A stretch of 64,000 nucleotides of DNA, taken from Psammoneis japonica (Eukaryota). Of the stretch, positions 12,844 to 26,510 are shown piece after piece (position 1 is the first letter of the stretch; each line of letters opens with the position of its first letter). The stretch spans positions 187,998-251,997 of the forward strand of contig QPGO01000015.1 in the NCBI GenBank assembly GCA_008632985.1. The letters are read 5' to 3'. The translations under genes were made by a program, and so were the position numbers. Under the pieces are notes generated by a model. It made no database searches. It saw only the letters and a list, made by a program, of their open reading frames with translations, and was not told where the DNA came from.

Positions 12844-13557
12844 TACTCACTTTCATCGTCGAAACACCAAGGGTACGACTGCAAAGCAGATATACTGTAA
12901 GTGCAACGCGTGGGAACAACAACGACAAAAACAACAGCAAACAGCGAAACAAATAATACTGTAAGATGCGGACGATGACGCGAGAAGCGCTCTTGCACAT
13001 GCGGACAGACGTCGGAGGGAGTTTTTGATTTTCAAAATTTATGTCCGTCCGGCGTTGCACGTGAAAAGCTACAAGCACCGACGGCGACCGACAGATGAAC
13101 AGGCACGATCCCGAACCAGAGCACCGCACACGCACACTGTTGAGCTGCTCTCTAGCTAGAGCTGCGTAGAGTCTCTGCCGATGCCAGCACCGTAGGCAGT
13201 GGGATGTCTTTCGGAGCGCAACCCTTGAAAGCTCATAAAAAGAGCTCGATCGCGAGTGCAGATTTTTGGAGCTTTGGATTTGGGGGATGACTCTCCTCGA
13301 TCTGCCTGGACAGCTGCTTGTGCTTTCCACAGGAATTCCGTCCTGCTCCTGTGGAAGCATGAACAAAAAAGATGCTCCAGATTCTGTCCAGGCACTGCTC
13401 TCTGTCTCTGCTCTAGCCCCACAGTGTGCTGGCTCTAGAGCCAGCAGTGGCTCTCTGCTCCTCTTGGGAGAGAGGGTTCATCGAAAATGACCAAAACCCC
13501 CAAAACGCACTGATTGACCAACTGATTTGGTCTCCAGCTAGAGCACAAATTCAGGCA

Positions 13558-16500
13558 GGCAGCGCCGCAGTGCAGGCATTGACAGATGCGTCCAACACCA
13601 TCCGCAGCCTTGAACAGATCGGAGTGCCAACGGCACTCTCCGTTGCAACTTGTTGCCACCCCCATCAAGGCTGCAGCAGCAGCTGCGACACCAGTCTTGC
13701 ATCAAACTTGGGCAAACAGCACCAAGTCTGAGCAACGCCAGTGCTTTGCACATGCCTTGGAGGCCCAAGCCCAAGAACCTGATGCAGCATCTCAAATCGC
13801 CCCTGTTGTCTCCAAGGAACTCTTCAAGATGGTCTTCCAAGGCAAGGTTGCCCCACACGGCACCAAGTCAATGACATGTCTGCCAGCATCTCTCCATTCA
13901 CCTGTGGTTTCTTTGTTGATGGGCAAGGCTCCACGTCCAAGTCAGAGCCAACCATTGCGATCTTTCCCTGCAGGGGAAACCTTGCCTGCACCATGGCAGA
14001 GCAAGAGGAGTTCCAGATCAAGGGTGCACCCTTGCCCTTCTCCACACATCACTGTGGGTGCATGCTCCAGGGCACATGAGTCTCTGGTCCTGGATGTGAT
14101 TCAGGGGGACAATCACCCCCACATGGTGGCGCTCTGCCAATTCTGCTTGTGGGATTGGACTTGTTGGAGCAATCCAGCACCCTGCCAGTTGAGGGAAACG
14201 TCCTGCCACACATCTGCCATGAGGCACAGACACTCATGGTTGTGCACGGACTGCACCGCAATCACCCACAAGGTCCTTTACAGTCAGTTCTCCCTGCTTG
14301 CCCAGCTGCCTCGTCACCTGCTTGGCCAACCTGCGAAAGCAGCGGAGAACCCACGCAGTCAGTTGACACTGAAGACGGTGGATGCAGAGGATCTAAAAGG
14401 GGCACCAGGCACAATCCTGGTGCTGCCATCATGAATCCCAGCCTGGTTTGGTCCTGGTTGACAGCCTTTGTGCAAGCGGGGGTCCGTCTGGCCACAGCGT
14501 GACATTTTGCACCGCGCACTGCCAACTCTGGCGGCACTCTGTGTGAGGTGTGTCTGTCCTGTACTTGAAGGGCACATGCTTTGTGAACTGCGAGCATTCT
14601 GGGACACACAGAAACTTGTCTTCCAAGGGAAAGGACACCCATGAGTGCCTTTGTGCAGGAACACCTTCCCAATCCCCAAGACGGGGGTGTGCCTGCACCG
14701 GCACCCATGCCGGCGGCCACCACCTGAAGACCTGGGCCGGCCAGTCCCAGGTCTGGCCTGCAGCCTGCCTCTGCCAACTTGCAGGACCTGCATCAGCAGC
14801 ACCCCTGCAGTGACGAGCCAGGTGAGTTAGCGAAGGAACAGGTTGATCTCTTGCATCAGCCAGGCTGGCCCCAGTTTGTCACACACTTGTGCGGGGAACC
14901 ATGTCTGGCAGAGAACGCAGGCCAGCTGCCCCATCCAGCTGCCAAGCCACCACTGAAAAGTCTCCGCAACAATGGAGCACCTGTCCAGTTCACCACCCCA
15001 GACCGGATGCCAGCCCAGATCCAGATGGCCACCGACCGCAGCAGCCATCCATTTGCATGCAAGCATCTGGGCTTCCTCAAGGCTGACATGGCAGACATGA
15101 TCCACAAGCACTGCTGGACTGTCCTGCCAAGTGCGCAGTGTGTGATTGGCTGTTGCCGGTGGTGCAGGCCTCCTGTCGAACTTGCAGCACTCCCTTGCCA
15201 AGTCTCGCAATCCCGCATGAAGATCAACCGGCATGCCCAGTGCCACCAGCTGCAAGACCTCCATGTGCTGGTGGTTGACATCACGTTGCAACCCACAAGG
15301 TTTGCAGAACTGTTCCCTGCCACCAACGGGCACTGCTGCAGTGCTTGCGATGCAGCCAAACCTGGGTTCGGCAGCGTGCTGCTTCCAGGGCCTGCCGACC
15401 CCCCCATGGTGTGGCAGGTGCCACTGCCACCAGATCTCCAAGCATCCATTGTTTTGGATGACAACCCAACGGGCACCATCACCAACTCAGATCTGAAACT
15501 CTCAGGCACTGTCATGCACAAAGGCAGCAGTTGTCGGCCACACCATTGACGTCTGCAAGCAAACGGTCCACACATGCGGCAACAACACCCCGTCAATCTC
15601 CCACTGCAGAAAAGGCTCCATCACCACCAACGGCCTCGGCGCCAACATCCTCAGAACTGGCAGTCTCCAGCAATGCCATCTCCAACACGTCTCCCAGCTG
15701 CACTGCATGCCCGGGCCAGCCAACCTGTTGGCAGACACGTGCTCTCACAAATTTTCCATGCACTCTCACCTGCTTGCCACTCTGACCCACCTTGCTCCGC
15801 AGATGAAACCTTGGCAAATGCTGTGCCCACTGCATGACATCATTTCCTCACTGATCTCTGCCTTGCAGAGGCAAAAGCCAAGCAAGCTGTCACTCGAGAG
15901 CACGCCCAGACCATGGACACTGTGCAGGCAAAGTGCTGGCTCCCGTTCCTGTCTGACATTGGTGTCAAAGACCCTCTCCTCACCGGTGTCTGTGACAAAA
16001 TCCTGATGCTCCAAGTCTTTGCCCATTGCCTTGGGGATGGACACCTTGGCTGCAGTGGCAACCCAATCACAGCTGTGCACATTTGTGATGAAGTCCTTCA
16101 CATCGTGAAGACGTTCACTGAATTGGGGGCCCCAGATCCAAGACTGACCACACACAGCACCATGGACCCATGACTCTCCTGCCCGCACATCACATGCACC
16201 AAAGATGATCCACTGCCCAACCACGTCAAGCCCCTGCCAATGCAAATCATGTGCCATGCGCAGGCTCTCATCGATGCACATGCAACGCCGCTGGACAGCA
16301 CCATCATCGACATGTCCTGGATCGGACTTTTCCACCTGCTGCATCCCGGTGAGCACTGCAAAGCCAAGGACAATGACCCCCTCATGCCAGCCGATGTCAA
16401 GTTGCTCATTGGCCAACATGCCCTTGACCACCTGTCCTGCCCACTCTGTCAACTTTTCCTGGCAACCCACAGCAGCATCACGTTTGACACACAGAAGAGC

Positions 16501-17443
16501 CGTGAACATGGCGAAGTTGTTGGCCAGGCTTGCAGCTCACACTCCAAAGCATGCCCAGTCCCAGCAATCATGGACCAAGTCCATTGCCTCCATTCTTGCA
16601 GTGCCAACACCCGCACCCCACTGTGTGCAGTTTGTGTCGGCGCGCATTTGGACACATGTCGCCAGCTGCGCGATCACGAAAACTTCTTGCCCAAGGATGA
16701 CATGTCTCGCAGCCTCCACACCGGTGGTGCTGTGGCCTCACTGTGTGCCAAAGTCAACATGGACATCACATGCCTTGTCGGATGATGGAAATGAGATGCC
16801 ATGTTCCGACACTTGCGCGCACAAGCTCTCCCGTGTTGATTGCCGAGCTTTCAACAAAAGTTCCACACACTGTGGAAACTTCACTTTGTTGCCCAGTGCC
16901 AAAGTCCCGCCTGTCACACAAAATCTCATCAATCAAGCCGAGGCTCCTGCCACCCCAGCAAATCCTCGGCAAAACCCGCCCTCAGCTGCGCTTCTTGCCC
17001 CCACCCCTTTTTGCTCGTCGGCACTCCCAAGAGTGGTGGTGGGAGGCGGTTCTGGTGCACCAGGGAGTCACAGCAAAAACCCCAGCAAAGCACTGACACC
17101 ACCAGCCACTGCCTCCCAACTGTGGCAGGACGCAGCCCCCAGCAGCATTGGTGGCGAACAGCCATTGCAGCAGCAAAGTGGCAAGGACAGACGCGCCCAA
17201 CACCATCCGCAGCCTTGAACGGATCGGAGTGCAAACGGCATTCTCTGCCATTGCAACTCATCACCGCCTGTCGAGGCCACAGCAGCAGTTGTAATTTGAC
17301 CCACCACTCCCACCCAGGCCGCCTAGCAGGAGGCGGTTCCGGTGCTGGAGAGAGGGAGTCACGGCACAAACCCTGGTACAGTAAAGCGCTGATGCCACCA
17401 GCCACGTGCAGCCCCCAGCAGCGTTGCTTGGTGGCGAAGAGCC
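13558..17443 (+). mobile_element. Degenerate Ngaro/DIRS-group tyrosine-recombinase retrotransposon
   Basis: Split direct repeats A1 (13581-13690)...B1 (17042-17163) A2 (17186-17292) B2 (17329-17443). RT relic FLKADMADMIHKHCWTVLP, RNase H relic GTITNSDLKLSG, YR relic SLHTGGAVASLCAKVNMDITCLVG*WK*DAMFRHL. Confidence 0.85.
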
Positions 17444-17590
17444 ACGTCCGTCCCCCACCCCCGACGCACGCAGATCGCAGCGAGTAGCAATCCAAATCTG
17501 AAATCATCAATCCATTGATGCACTTGCTTTTGCAATGGTGATTGCAATTGAAACTAGCAATTGCAGAGCACCGAAGAAAAGCACACGTCA

Positions 17591-20500
17591 ATGTCGGCAA
17601 AAGCAGTGAGAGAGTACCACGGCAAGAAATTGCTTGCGAAACATGTACAGGAGTTTTCGAATGGCGCTCACATCATCGACGATCGGTCTGTACTCATTAC
17701 GCCTTCCAGTGACATGGAGAGCATAACTGAAGACGAACCGTGGGTTGCAAGTGAATCGCTTGTGAGTGACAAGCAGGGCGTGGTTGCAAAGAAGTGCTGA
17801 CCTTTCTTTCTAACCTTTTGGATCGATTCCCTTCTTCTTTCTTGTAATCACCGCATCAACTAGGTCGTCAAACCTGATCAGTTGATCAAGCGGCGTGGGA
17901 AAGCTGGATTGGTGGGTATAAATCTTGATTGGTCACAGGTACAACAGTGGATTGCCGAACGCATGAACAAGGAAATAAAGGTGGAGTCCACCACGGGCGC
18001 TCTCGATCATTTCATAGTCGAACCATTCGTTCCGCACGCTCAGTCGGACGAATACTATGTTTGTATCCAAAGTGACCGCGAAGGAGAGGAGATTCTGTTT
18101 TACGCGCAAGGTGGAGTTGATGTCGGAGATGTCGACGCTAAGGCGTCCCGCTTGCACGTTGCCATCGATGATAACACGACTTCTTCATCGCAAATCCTCG
18201 CCTCATCTCTTCTTTCGGGTGTCCCTGATTATCGACGGGCGTCGTTGTCGTCTTTCGTGGTTACGCTTTTCAAGGTCTACCGGGCCTTAAACTTCACGTA
18301 TATGGAGATCAATCCCGTCGTTGTAACAGATGATGGTGTCATTGTGCCCCTGGACCTGGCGGCGAAGATTGACGAGACAGCAGCCTTTCTTAACTCTTCC
18401 GATTGGGGACACTTGGACTTTCCAGCGCCCTTTGGGAGGAAGGAATTTCCGGAAGAAGCGTACATCCGCGAGCTTGATTCAAAGACAGGGGCATCCCTGA
18501 AGCTCACGATCCTGAACCACACTGGACGCATCTGGACAATGGTGGCTGGTGGCGGGGCGAGTGTTGTCTACGCGGATACTATTTCCGATTTAGGCTTTGG
18601 ACACGAGGTCAGTGTTAAGACATAAGCTATGTTGCTGATTGCCTCTCGTTGGTACATCTTGCTCTCGATCTAACCGGTTAGTGCGTCCCTGATTCGTGCT
18701 TCTCCAAAACAAAAGCTGAGCAACTACGGCGAATATTCCGGAGCCCCCAGCGCAGAACACACCTATGAGTACGCCAAGACACTGATTGGTCTCATGACAC
18801 GAGAAAAAGATCCAAGAGGAAAGATATTCATTGTTGGAGGCGGAATAGCGAATTTTACAGATGTCGCTGCCACATTCACTGGCTTGATCAAAGCGATAAA
18901 TTCCTTTCGGGAGGAGTTGAAGTCTCATAAGGTTAAGATTTGGATTCGTCGGGCTGGTCCTAACTATCAAGAAGGGCTGCGCTTGATGCGTGCTACAGCA
19001 GAGGAAACACATCTTCCCATTCATATCTACGGGCCCGAAACTCACATCACTGCGATAGTACCTCTCGCCCTTGGACTCGAAAAACCCGAAGACTTCCCCG
19101 AATTCGACGACGAAAGCCATGAGCGCAAACAGACCTCCCGCAAAGGACATGGACAGAAAGATAGCCCGTTAAAACCCCAAGAATGCGACCATGAAGCAGA
19201 TCACAAAGTTGAGAACTTCAGCTCAGCTACACGATGCGTTGTGTATGGTCTCCAGCATCGCGCTGTTCAGGGAATGTTGGATTTTGACTTCATGTGTAAA
19301 CGCGAGAAACCCTCCGTTGCGGCAATGATTTTTCCTTTCAGCGCGAATCATTTCATCAAGGTACGTCACATACACTTGTACGTTTGGCGCATTGCTCATG
19401 CCGTTTTTTCACTGACTTCTTTAATCTCTCTTGATCATCCCCGATAGTTTTATTGGGGCACAGAAGAAATCCTTGTTCCGGTTTATCAAAAGATGCGGGA
19501 GGCTTTCGAGAAACATGCCGATGTTACTGTTGTCGTGAACTTCGCCTCGTTTCGCTCGGTTTTCTCGTCGGTGATGGAAATCCTTGAGTTCTCCCAGCAA
19601 ATCAAAACGATTGCTATAATCGCTGAAGGCGTCCCAGAGTCGCAAACTAGAAAATTTATAAAAGCGGCGAGCGCGAAAGGTGTGGGAATAATAGGTCCTG
19701 CGACAGTGGGTGGCATAAAGGTGGGTAATGAACGAATGTGTCTACACGTAGCAAACGTGATGTCTTCCTTATACTGATCTGTCTGCATCGTGTCGCAATA
19801 ACAGCCGGGGTGCTTTAGGATCGGCAACACCGGTGGCATGCTGGACAATATCGTCCTATCTAAATTGTACCGCCCTGGTAGCGTCGCATACGTATCCAGA
19901 TCTGGAGGAATGTCGAATGAACTCAACAACATTATCTGCCGGAATTCAGATGGTGTGTACGAGGGTGTCGCAATCGGTGGGGATCACTATCCTGGCTCTC
20001 GTTTTATCGACCATCTTCTACGCTATAACGACAACCCTTCTGTACACATGCTGGTATTGTTAGGTGAAGTTGGCGGTACTGATGAGTATGAAATATGCAG
20101 TGCCGTGAGGTCCGGGCGTATTAGTAAGCCGCTTGTTGCGTGGTGCATTGGTACATGTGCTAGTATCTTTCCGTACGAGGTCCAGTTCGGACACGCCGGA
20201 GCTTTGGCAAAAGGTGACATGGAGACCGCTCGTGCCAAGAACCAAGCGTTGAAGGAAGCTGGTGCACACGTACCAAAAAACTTTTTCGAATTCGGAAATA
20301 TGATTCGGGAAGTCTACGACAGTTTGGTTGAAGCGGGGACGCTTATCCCAGCACCTGAGCCCGAAACACCAAAAATTCCGATGGACTACACGTGGGCGAA
20401 GAGCCTTGGTCTCGTGCGAAAGCCCGCGAATTTTATCTCGTCTATCTCCGATGATCGCGGGGATGAACTGGAATACAGCGGTATGCCGATCAGTGAAGTT

Positions 20501-21217
20501 TTTGAGAGGGATGTGGGCATTGGTGGGGTGGTATCTTTGCTTTGGTTTCGGCGGCAGCTCCCACCTTACGCGACGAAGTTTGTTGAAATGATCTTAATGG
20601 TAACCGCAGATCATGGTCCAGCCGTGTCTGGAGCCCACAATACTATTGTTTGTGCTAGGGCAGGGAAAGACCTAGTTTCTTCGTTGACAAGTGGACTTTT
20701 GACAATCGGCCCAAGATTCGGTGGTGCGCTGGATGAGGCAGCTGCCATGTTTTCGGAAGCAAGCGATAGCGGATTGGCTGCTGATCAGTTTGTTAAAGAT
20801 ATGCGTAAAGCGAACAAACTGATAATGGGCATTGGCCATAAAATCAAGTCACTTGCCAACCCAGACAAACGCGTCGAAATCATCAAGGAATATGCGTTGA
20901 AGAACTTCGCGGACAACACAGTCCTAAAATTTGCGCTAGCTGTCGAGCAGGTCACTACCAAGAAGAAAGAGAATCTTATCCTCAATGTGGATGGATGTAT
21001 TGCTGTTTGTTTCGTGGACATGATGCGAAGCTGTGGTGCATTCACCAAAGAAGAGGCTGCTGAACTTGTTAGCAATGGCTGTTTAAATGGATTATTTGTA
21101 TTGGGTCGGAGCGTGGGATTCATCGGTCATTATCTGGACCAGAAGCGCCTAAAGCAAGGGTTGTACCGACACCCAATTGACGACATCTCCTATTTGTCCT
21201 CAGATATAAATACCTAA
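17591..21217 (+). CDS. ACLY: ATP-citrate lyase (single fused polypeptide), ~5 exons
   Basis: [73 protein letters not shown] motifs; GT-AG introns. Confidence 0.97.
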
Positions 21218-21829
21218 GCGCAGAATGTGTTCCTCCTGTGCGTGAAAGAGTAGCTCTAACACACTACACTACTAGTAGCCTAGATTCGCTGTTTTAGATC
21301 GGGAAACGTGCATGCGTGAAGAAAAAATCTATCTGCTCCACTTACTTTGTGGTTGTTGTGTTGTGTGGCAACACGGCAAAAGAAATCTATCTACTCACTC
21401 TCTAGCTAAAATCTATCTACTCACTTGGTCTGTGGGGCCGAAGGACGAAACCTCTGGGGGGTCTCTAAGTAGGCCCTCTCTATACTCCTTTAGTACGGTA
21501 GCTACTCTCTAGAGTAGAGAGTGAGTCTCTCTAGCTAGCTAGGACTACTGTGCTGACAACACACCAGTGCCCTACTCTAGCTAGTAGAGTAGCTCTCTCT
21601 AGAGCTACTTCTACTCTCTCTAGAGAGAGAGGGCGGGCACGCACTGGCACATATACGTACGTACGCCGTACGGTACAATGTGGCCTATCTTGCGATTGCA
21701 TGAACTGGAAATAACTGGAGATGGGGATCGGTGATTGGATTTCGATTGTGTGTTGTGTGAAAAGTAGTGAACAAGAGTACTTCTGCTTAACACGAAGCAG
21801 AGAAAACCAGGTAAAAGGCAAACAAATTT

Positions 21830-23045
21830 ATGGGGATGATGCGATCACTTTTCTTTTTATTTCCGGCATTCGCCGTACTTCCTAGGTCGTTTGCCAGGCG
21901 AGGAGGATTGTTTGCAAGTACCATTGCGAGGCCAGCTATTGTTACCCGCCGAGGTGATATTTCTCGTAATGCTTACAGAAGGTATAAAACGCATGACGCC
22001 TTAGCGTTTCTAGAAGACGAAAGTGACGACACTTCCGATGTTGAGCTTTGCCAGGTATGTGTATTGTGTGCATCGGCAAGAGGTGGGGCGATTCGGTTTC
22101 TTACGCCTCTTGATCGTCCTATCGTAGGCTGTGTCATCAGGAGTTGCAAAGAATTTGCTCCGCGGGGCTTTCCTTCGTGTTGCTTCAGACTTGTCAGGCG
22201 GAACGCCTCTGGAGTCAATCAAATGTAGAGTTACTGGCACGATGGATGGGCCAATTCAAGCGACTAAGAACATCATAAAGGAAAGTGGGTTTCTCGGACT
22301 TTGGACAGGCACGCCCTCTCGTACCGTTGAAGGTGCACTACTTGGTGCTATTTTTATCTTGGGTTCTGCTACCACTAAAAGACAGGTTCTCGCAATGGGG
22401 GGATCGCCTACTCTCGCCGCTCTTTCAGGTGGAATAGTTGGTATGTTTTCCGTTTTTCAATGGCTTGGGCGATTTACAATGTAGGATTGCATTGTTCTGA
22501 TTTGTTGTCGCACCGTACTTTTCTACTGTTCCTTTCGTCAGGTGGAGTTGCACAGAGTATCGTGATGACTCCAGCAGGAATGATTTTCACAAGTTTGAAC
22601 TTGAATCGCGGCAAAAAGGGTACGAAAACGACAATGCCTTTACGGTGTGCAAGCGCATCATCAAAGAGAAGGGTATCCTAGGATTGTACTATGGAAATGG
22701 CCCAATGTGTATCAGGCAAGCCAGTAATTGGGCAAGCAGAAGCGGGTTCACCGAGATTTGCCGCAGCACTTTGAAGATGTCTCAGTATGGACTGCTCGGC
22801 GAGATCGGCTCTGGTGTCATTGGCGGCGTCGGCAGCTGCTGGAATACCCCCATTGAAACCATTCGTGTAGTAATGCAGGAGATGTAAGTGCCGGTCGTCC
22901 GGCAAAGACAACTGGTGAATATTGGAATCAAATAGTGGAAGAGCAAGGATATCAGGGCCTGTTTCGCGGAGTAACTCCTCGTGCTATTCAAGCTATCTGG
23001 CAGACAGTGTTTATGGTTGTTTTCCCCAATATGCTGGGGATCTGA
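21830..23045 (+). CDS. Mitochondrial-carrier (SLC25) family protein with N-terminal signal-like peptide
   Basis: PLESIKCR and PIETIRVV signature motifs; two introns; apparent 1-nt frameshifts near 22620 and 22885. Confidence 0.8.
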
Positions 23046-23807
23046 AGAGAGCTGGTAGGAACTTCGAAATGTTTGTCTGTTGTGTTCGGCGTTGACTCTC
23101 GACGACGTACTAGAATCTACTATAAAGTTTTTTGTAGTTGCGGCGCGTACATGGCCCTACTGATACTTGCAGTTGTACAAGCAGAAGACCATCTCTTGAC
23201 AGCTTTCGAAGCGAATCATCGATATTCTTTGAGTAATAGGGCCCTACCGTAAGGCCTAGCTACTAGAGAGGCTCTAAGATAAGAGTGGACGTCGATCGAA
23301 GAAGAAGCAAGCTGGCGGCTGTCGGCTGAGGACCATCTCAGAAGACGGACGCAGTAAGGACGAGGAGAAAGCTGCTACCCACCGTCCATTTTTCGCGCGG
23401 TTGTTGTACTGAGCATGCTACGTAGCTTCTACGGATAAATCGCTGTGCGGTCATCAAGTGCACGAGAATCCAGCGAAACTCATCAGTTCATTACCCATTC
23501 GACCCGTCGTGTTTGCAAGAACGGGAAAACGACAAGATGGTGAGCTTAGCGAGCCGGAGATGATCGTTCGGAGGGTGTCTATGCTGTCGTTGTGCCTTGT
23601 GATGTGCGGAGAATGCTGCGACGAGAAGCCGCTGGATCCGGATTGACCGCACAATGACCACACGCCGTGTTTTCCTTTACTAGAAGTTTTCGTAGTATGT
23701 TTTCTACGGAGAGTCACGTGTGCGAGCTTTCTGCAAAGCCTTCTTCCAACGCAACGATGGTCGTCCCTTGTTTGCACCGAGAACGTCACGCAGGGTTGTT
23801 TTGAGTC

Positions 23808-26510
23808 ATGGTGGTGGGACTCTAACTCTCTGGTGAAAAAAGCAGAAGCAAACCGGTTTAGTCTCTTGTTCCCTCGAGAAATCTAATCCTCTTTTCTCGT
23901 CTGACTGAATCTCGCTTTTTAGGTGAACTTTACCGTCGATCAGATGCGGGCCATTATGGACCTGAAGCATAACATTCGGTCCATGTCCGTGATTGCCCAC
24001 GTGGACCACGGAAAGACCACCCTTACGGATTCCCTCGTCCAGAAAGCTGGTATTATTTCCGCCAAGGCCGCTGGTGGAGCTCGTTATACCGACACTCGTG
24101 CCGATGAAGCTGAGCGTGGTATCACGATCAAGTCTACTGGTATTTCCATGTTTTTCGAGTACGACATGAAGGCCGGAGAAGTCGCTGGACTCTCTGCCGA
24201 GGAACAGGCTGCTCAGGATCAGGCCCTCAAGGACAAGCAGGAAGCAGAGTCCAACGTCACCATCACGGAGAATTCTTACCTCATCAACCTTATTGACTCT
24301 CCAGGTCACGTTGATTTTTCTTCTGAGGTCACTGCCGCTCTTCGTGTTACCGATGGAGCTCTTGTCGTTGTTGATACCATCGATGGTGTGTGCGTCCAAA
24401 CGGAGACCGTGCTCCGCCAGGCTATCGGCGAGCGTGTCAAGCCCGTTCTCATGGTTAACAAGGTTGACCGTGCTCTTCTCGAGCTTCAGCTCCCAGCCGA
24501 GGAGCTCTACCAGGCTTTCTGCCGTTCCATTGAGTCTGTCAACGTGATTGTTTCCATGTACAACGATGAGTCTCTTGGTGACATCCAGGTCGACCCATGC
24601 AAGGGAACGGTTGCCTTCGGATCTGGTCTGCACCAATGGGCTTTTACCCTCAAGCGTTTCGCAAAGACCTACGGTGCCAAGTTCGGCGTCCCTGAGGACA
24701 AGATGATGAGCAAGCTTTGGGGTGATTGGTATTTTGATGCCTCGCGTAAGGTGTGGACCACGAACGACAAGGGAGGCTCCCTCGAGCGTGCGTTCTGTCA
24801 ATTCATCGCAACTCCCATCACTACCCTCTTCGAGGCCATTATGGCCGACAAGACGAAGAAGGTTGCCAACATGCTCAAGGCTATCGGTGTTGAACTCAAG
24901 GGTGATGAGAAGGAGCTTACCGGAAAGGCCCTTCTCAAGCGTGTGATGCAGAAGTGGTTGCCCGCTGGAGACACCGTTCTTGAGATGATTGTGCTCCATC
25001 TCCCATCTCCTGCCGCTGCCCAGACTTACCGTGTTGATACTCTCTACAACGGCCCACTTGATGACAAGACTGCCACCGCTATCCGCACGTGCGATACCTC
25101 TGAGGGTGCCCCACTTTGTATGTACATTTCAAAGATGGTTCCTACCTCTGATAAGGGACGTTTCTACGCCTTTGGACGTGTTTTCTCTGGAAAGATCGCT
25201 ACTGGCCAAAAGGTTCGCATCATGGGACCCAACTACGTTGCCGGCAAGAAGTCCGAGCTTTGGGTAAAGAACATTCAGCGTACTGTCATTATGATGGGTC
25301 GTTACACCGAGCAGGTCGCGGATGTCCCCGCCGGAAACACGTGTGCGCTTGTCGGAGTTGATCAGTACCTCCTCAAATCCGGTACCATCTGTACCGAAGA
25401 CGATGCCCACACTATCAAGACCATGAAGTTCTCTGTGTCTCCTGTAGTGCGTTGCGCCGTCGAACCCAAGAACTCTGCGGACCTCCCCAAGCTTGTGGAG
25501 GGTATGAAGCGTTTGGCCAAGTCAGACCCTATGGTTTTGTGCTACACGGAGGAGTCTGGAGAACACATTATCGCCGCCTCCGGAGAGCTACACCTTGAGA
25601 TTTGCCTCCAGGATCTCCAGAACGATTTCATGGGAACCGAAGTGAAGGTCTCAGACCCAGTTGTGTCCTTCCGCGAGACATGTACCACCAATCGTCGGAG
25701 ACGGCCCTCGCCAAGTCGGCGAACAAGCACAACCGTCTGTTTGTTGAGGCCGAGCCACTCGGACCCGAGCTTTGTAAGGCTATTGACGACGGCGAGGTGA
25801 AGGCCGGAGCCGAAGCCAAGGCCCAGGGAAGGCTCCTCGCTGACAACTATGGCTGGGATGTATCCGAAGCCCGTAAGATCTGGGCTTTCGGACCCGAGGG
25901 GACTGGACCCAACATGTTCGTTGACACCACAAAGGGTGTTAACTACTTGCTTGAGATCAAGGAATCCGTCGTTGGTGGTTTCGCCTGGGCTACCCAGAAT
26001 GGTCCACTTTGTGAGGAGCAGATGCGTGGTTGCCGCTTTAACCTAATGGATGTCGTCCTTCACGCTGATGCCATCCACCGTGGTATGGGACAGATCATGC
26101 CCACGTCTCGCCGCGTATGCTTTTCGTCTATGATGTTGGCAGAACCCGGTCTTCTTGAGCCGGTTTACCTTTGCAACATTTCCGTTCCCCAGGACGCCAT
26201 GGGTAACGTGTACGGCGTCCTCACCCGCCGTCGTGGCCACGTTTTCTCCGAGGAACAGAGGCCCGGAACCCCGCAGATGACCCTCCTTGCTTACCTTCCC
26301 GTTATGGAGTCGTTTGGTTTCACTGCTGATCTCCGCTCAAACACCGGAGGAAAGGCGTTTCCACAGTGCTCGTTTGATCACTGGGAGGCTATGTCTGGAA
26401 ACCCGTTTGAAGCGGGCAACAAGGCGAACGAGACCATCTGCGCTGTCAGGAAGCGTAAGGGTCTTCCTGAAGGAGTTCCAGAAAAGAACAAGTACCTCGA
26501 CAAGCTCTAA
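23808..26510 (+). CDS. EEF2: Translation elongation factor 2
   Basis: ATG|intron 23811-23922|[38 protein letters not shown]. One apparent frameshift at ~25690. Confidence 0.98.

Noticed and set aside
13300..17500. Many 100-340 aa ORFs as novel genes
   Set aside because: They result from stop-codon loss in TpA-depleted TE relics; they are nearly Tyr-free and overlap in all frames.
23806..24999. 397-aa antisense ORF
   Set aside because: It is a shadow of the strongly codon-biased eEF2 on the opposite strand.
25680..25700. Programmed frameshift in eEF2
   Set aside because: There is no slippery motif, and similar breaks in neighbouring genes point to sequence error.
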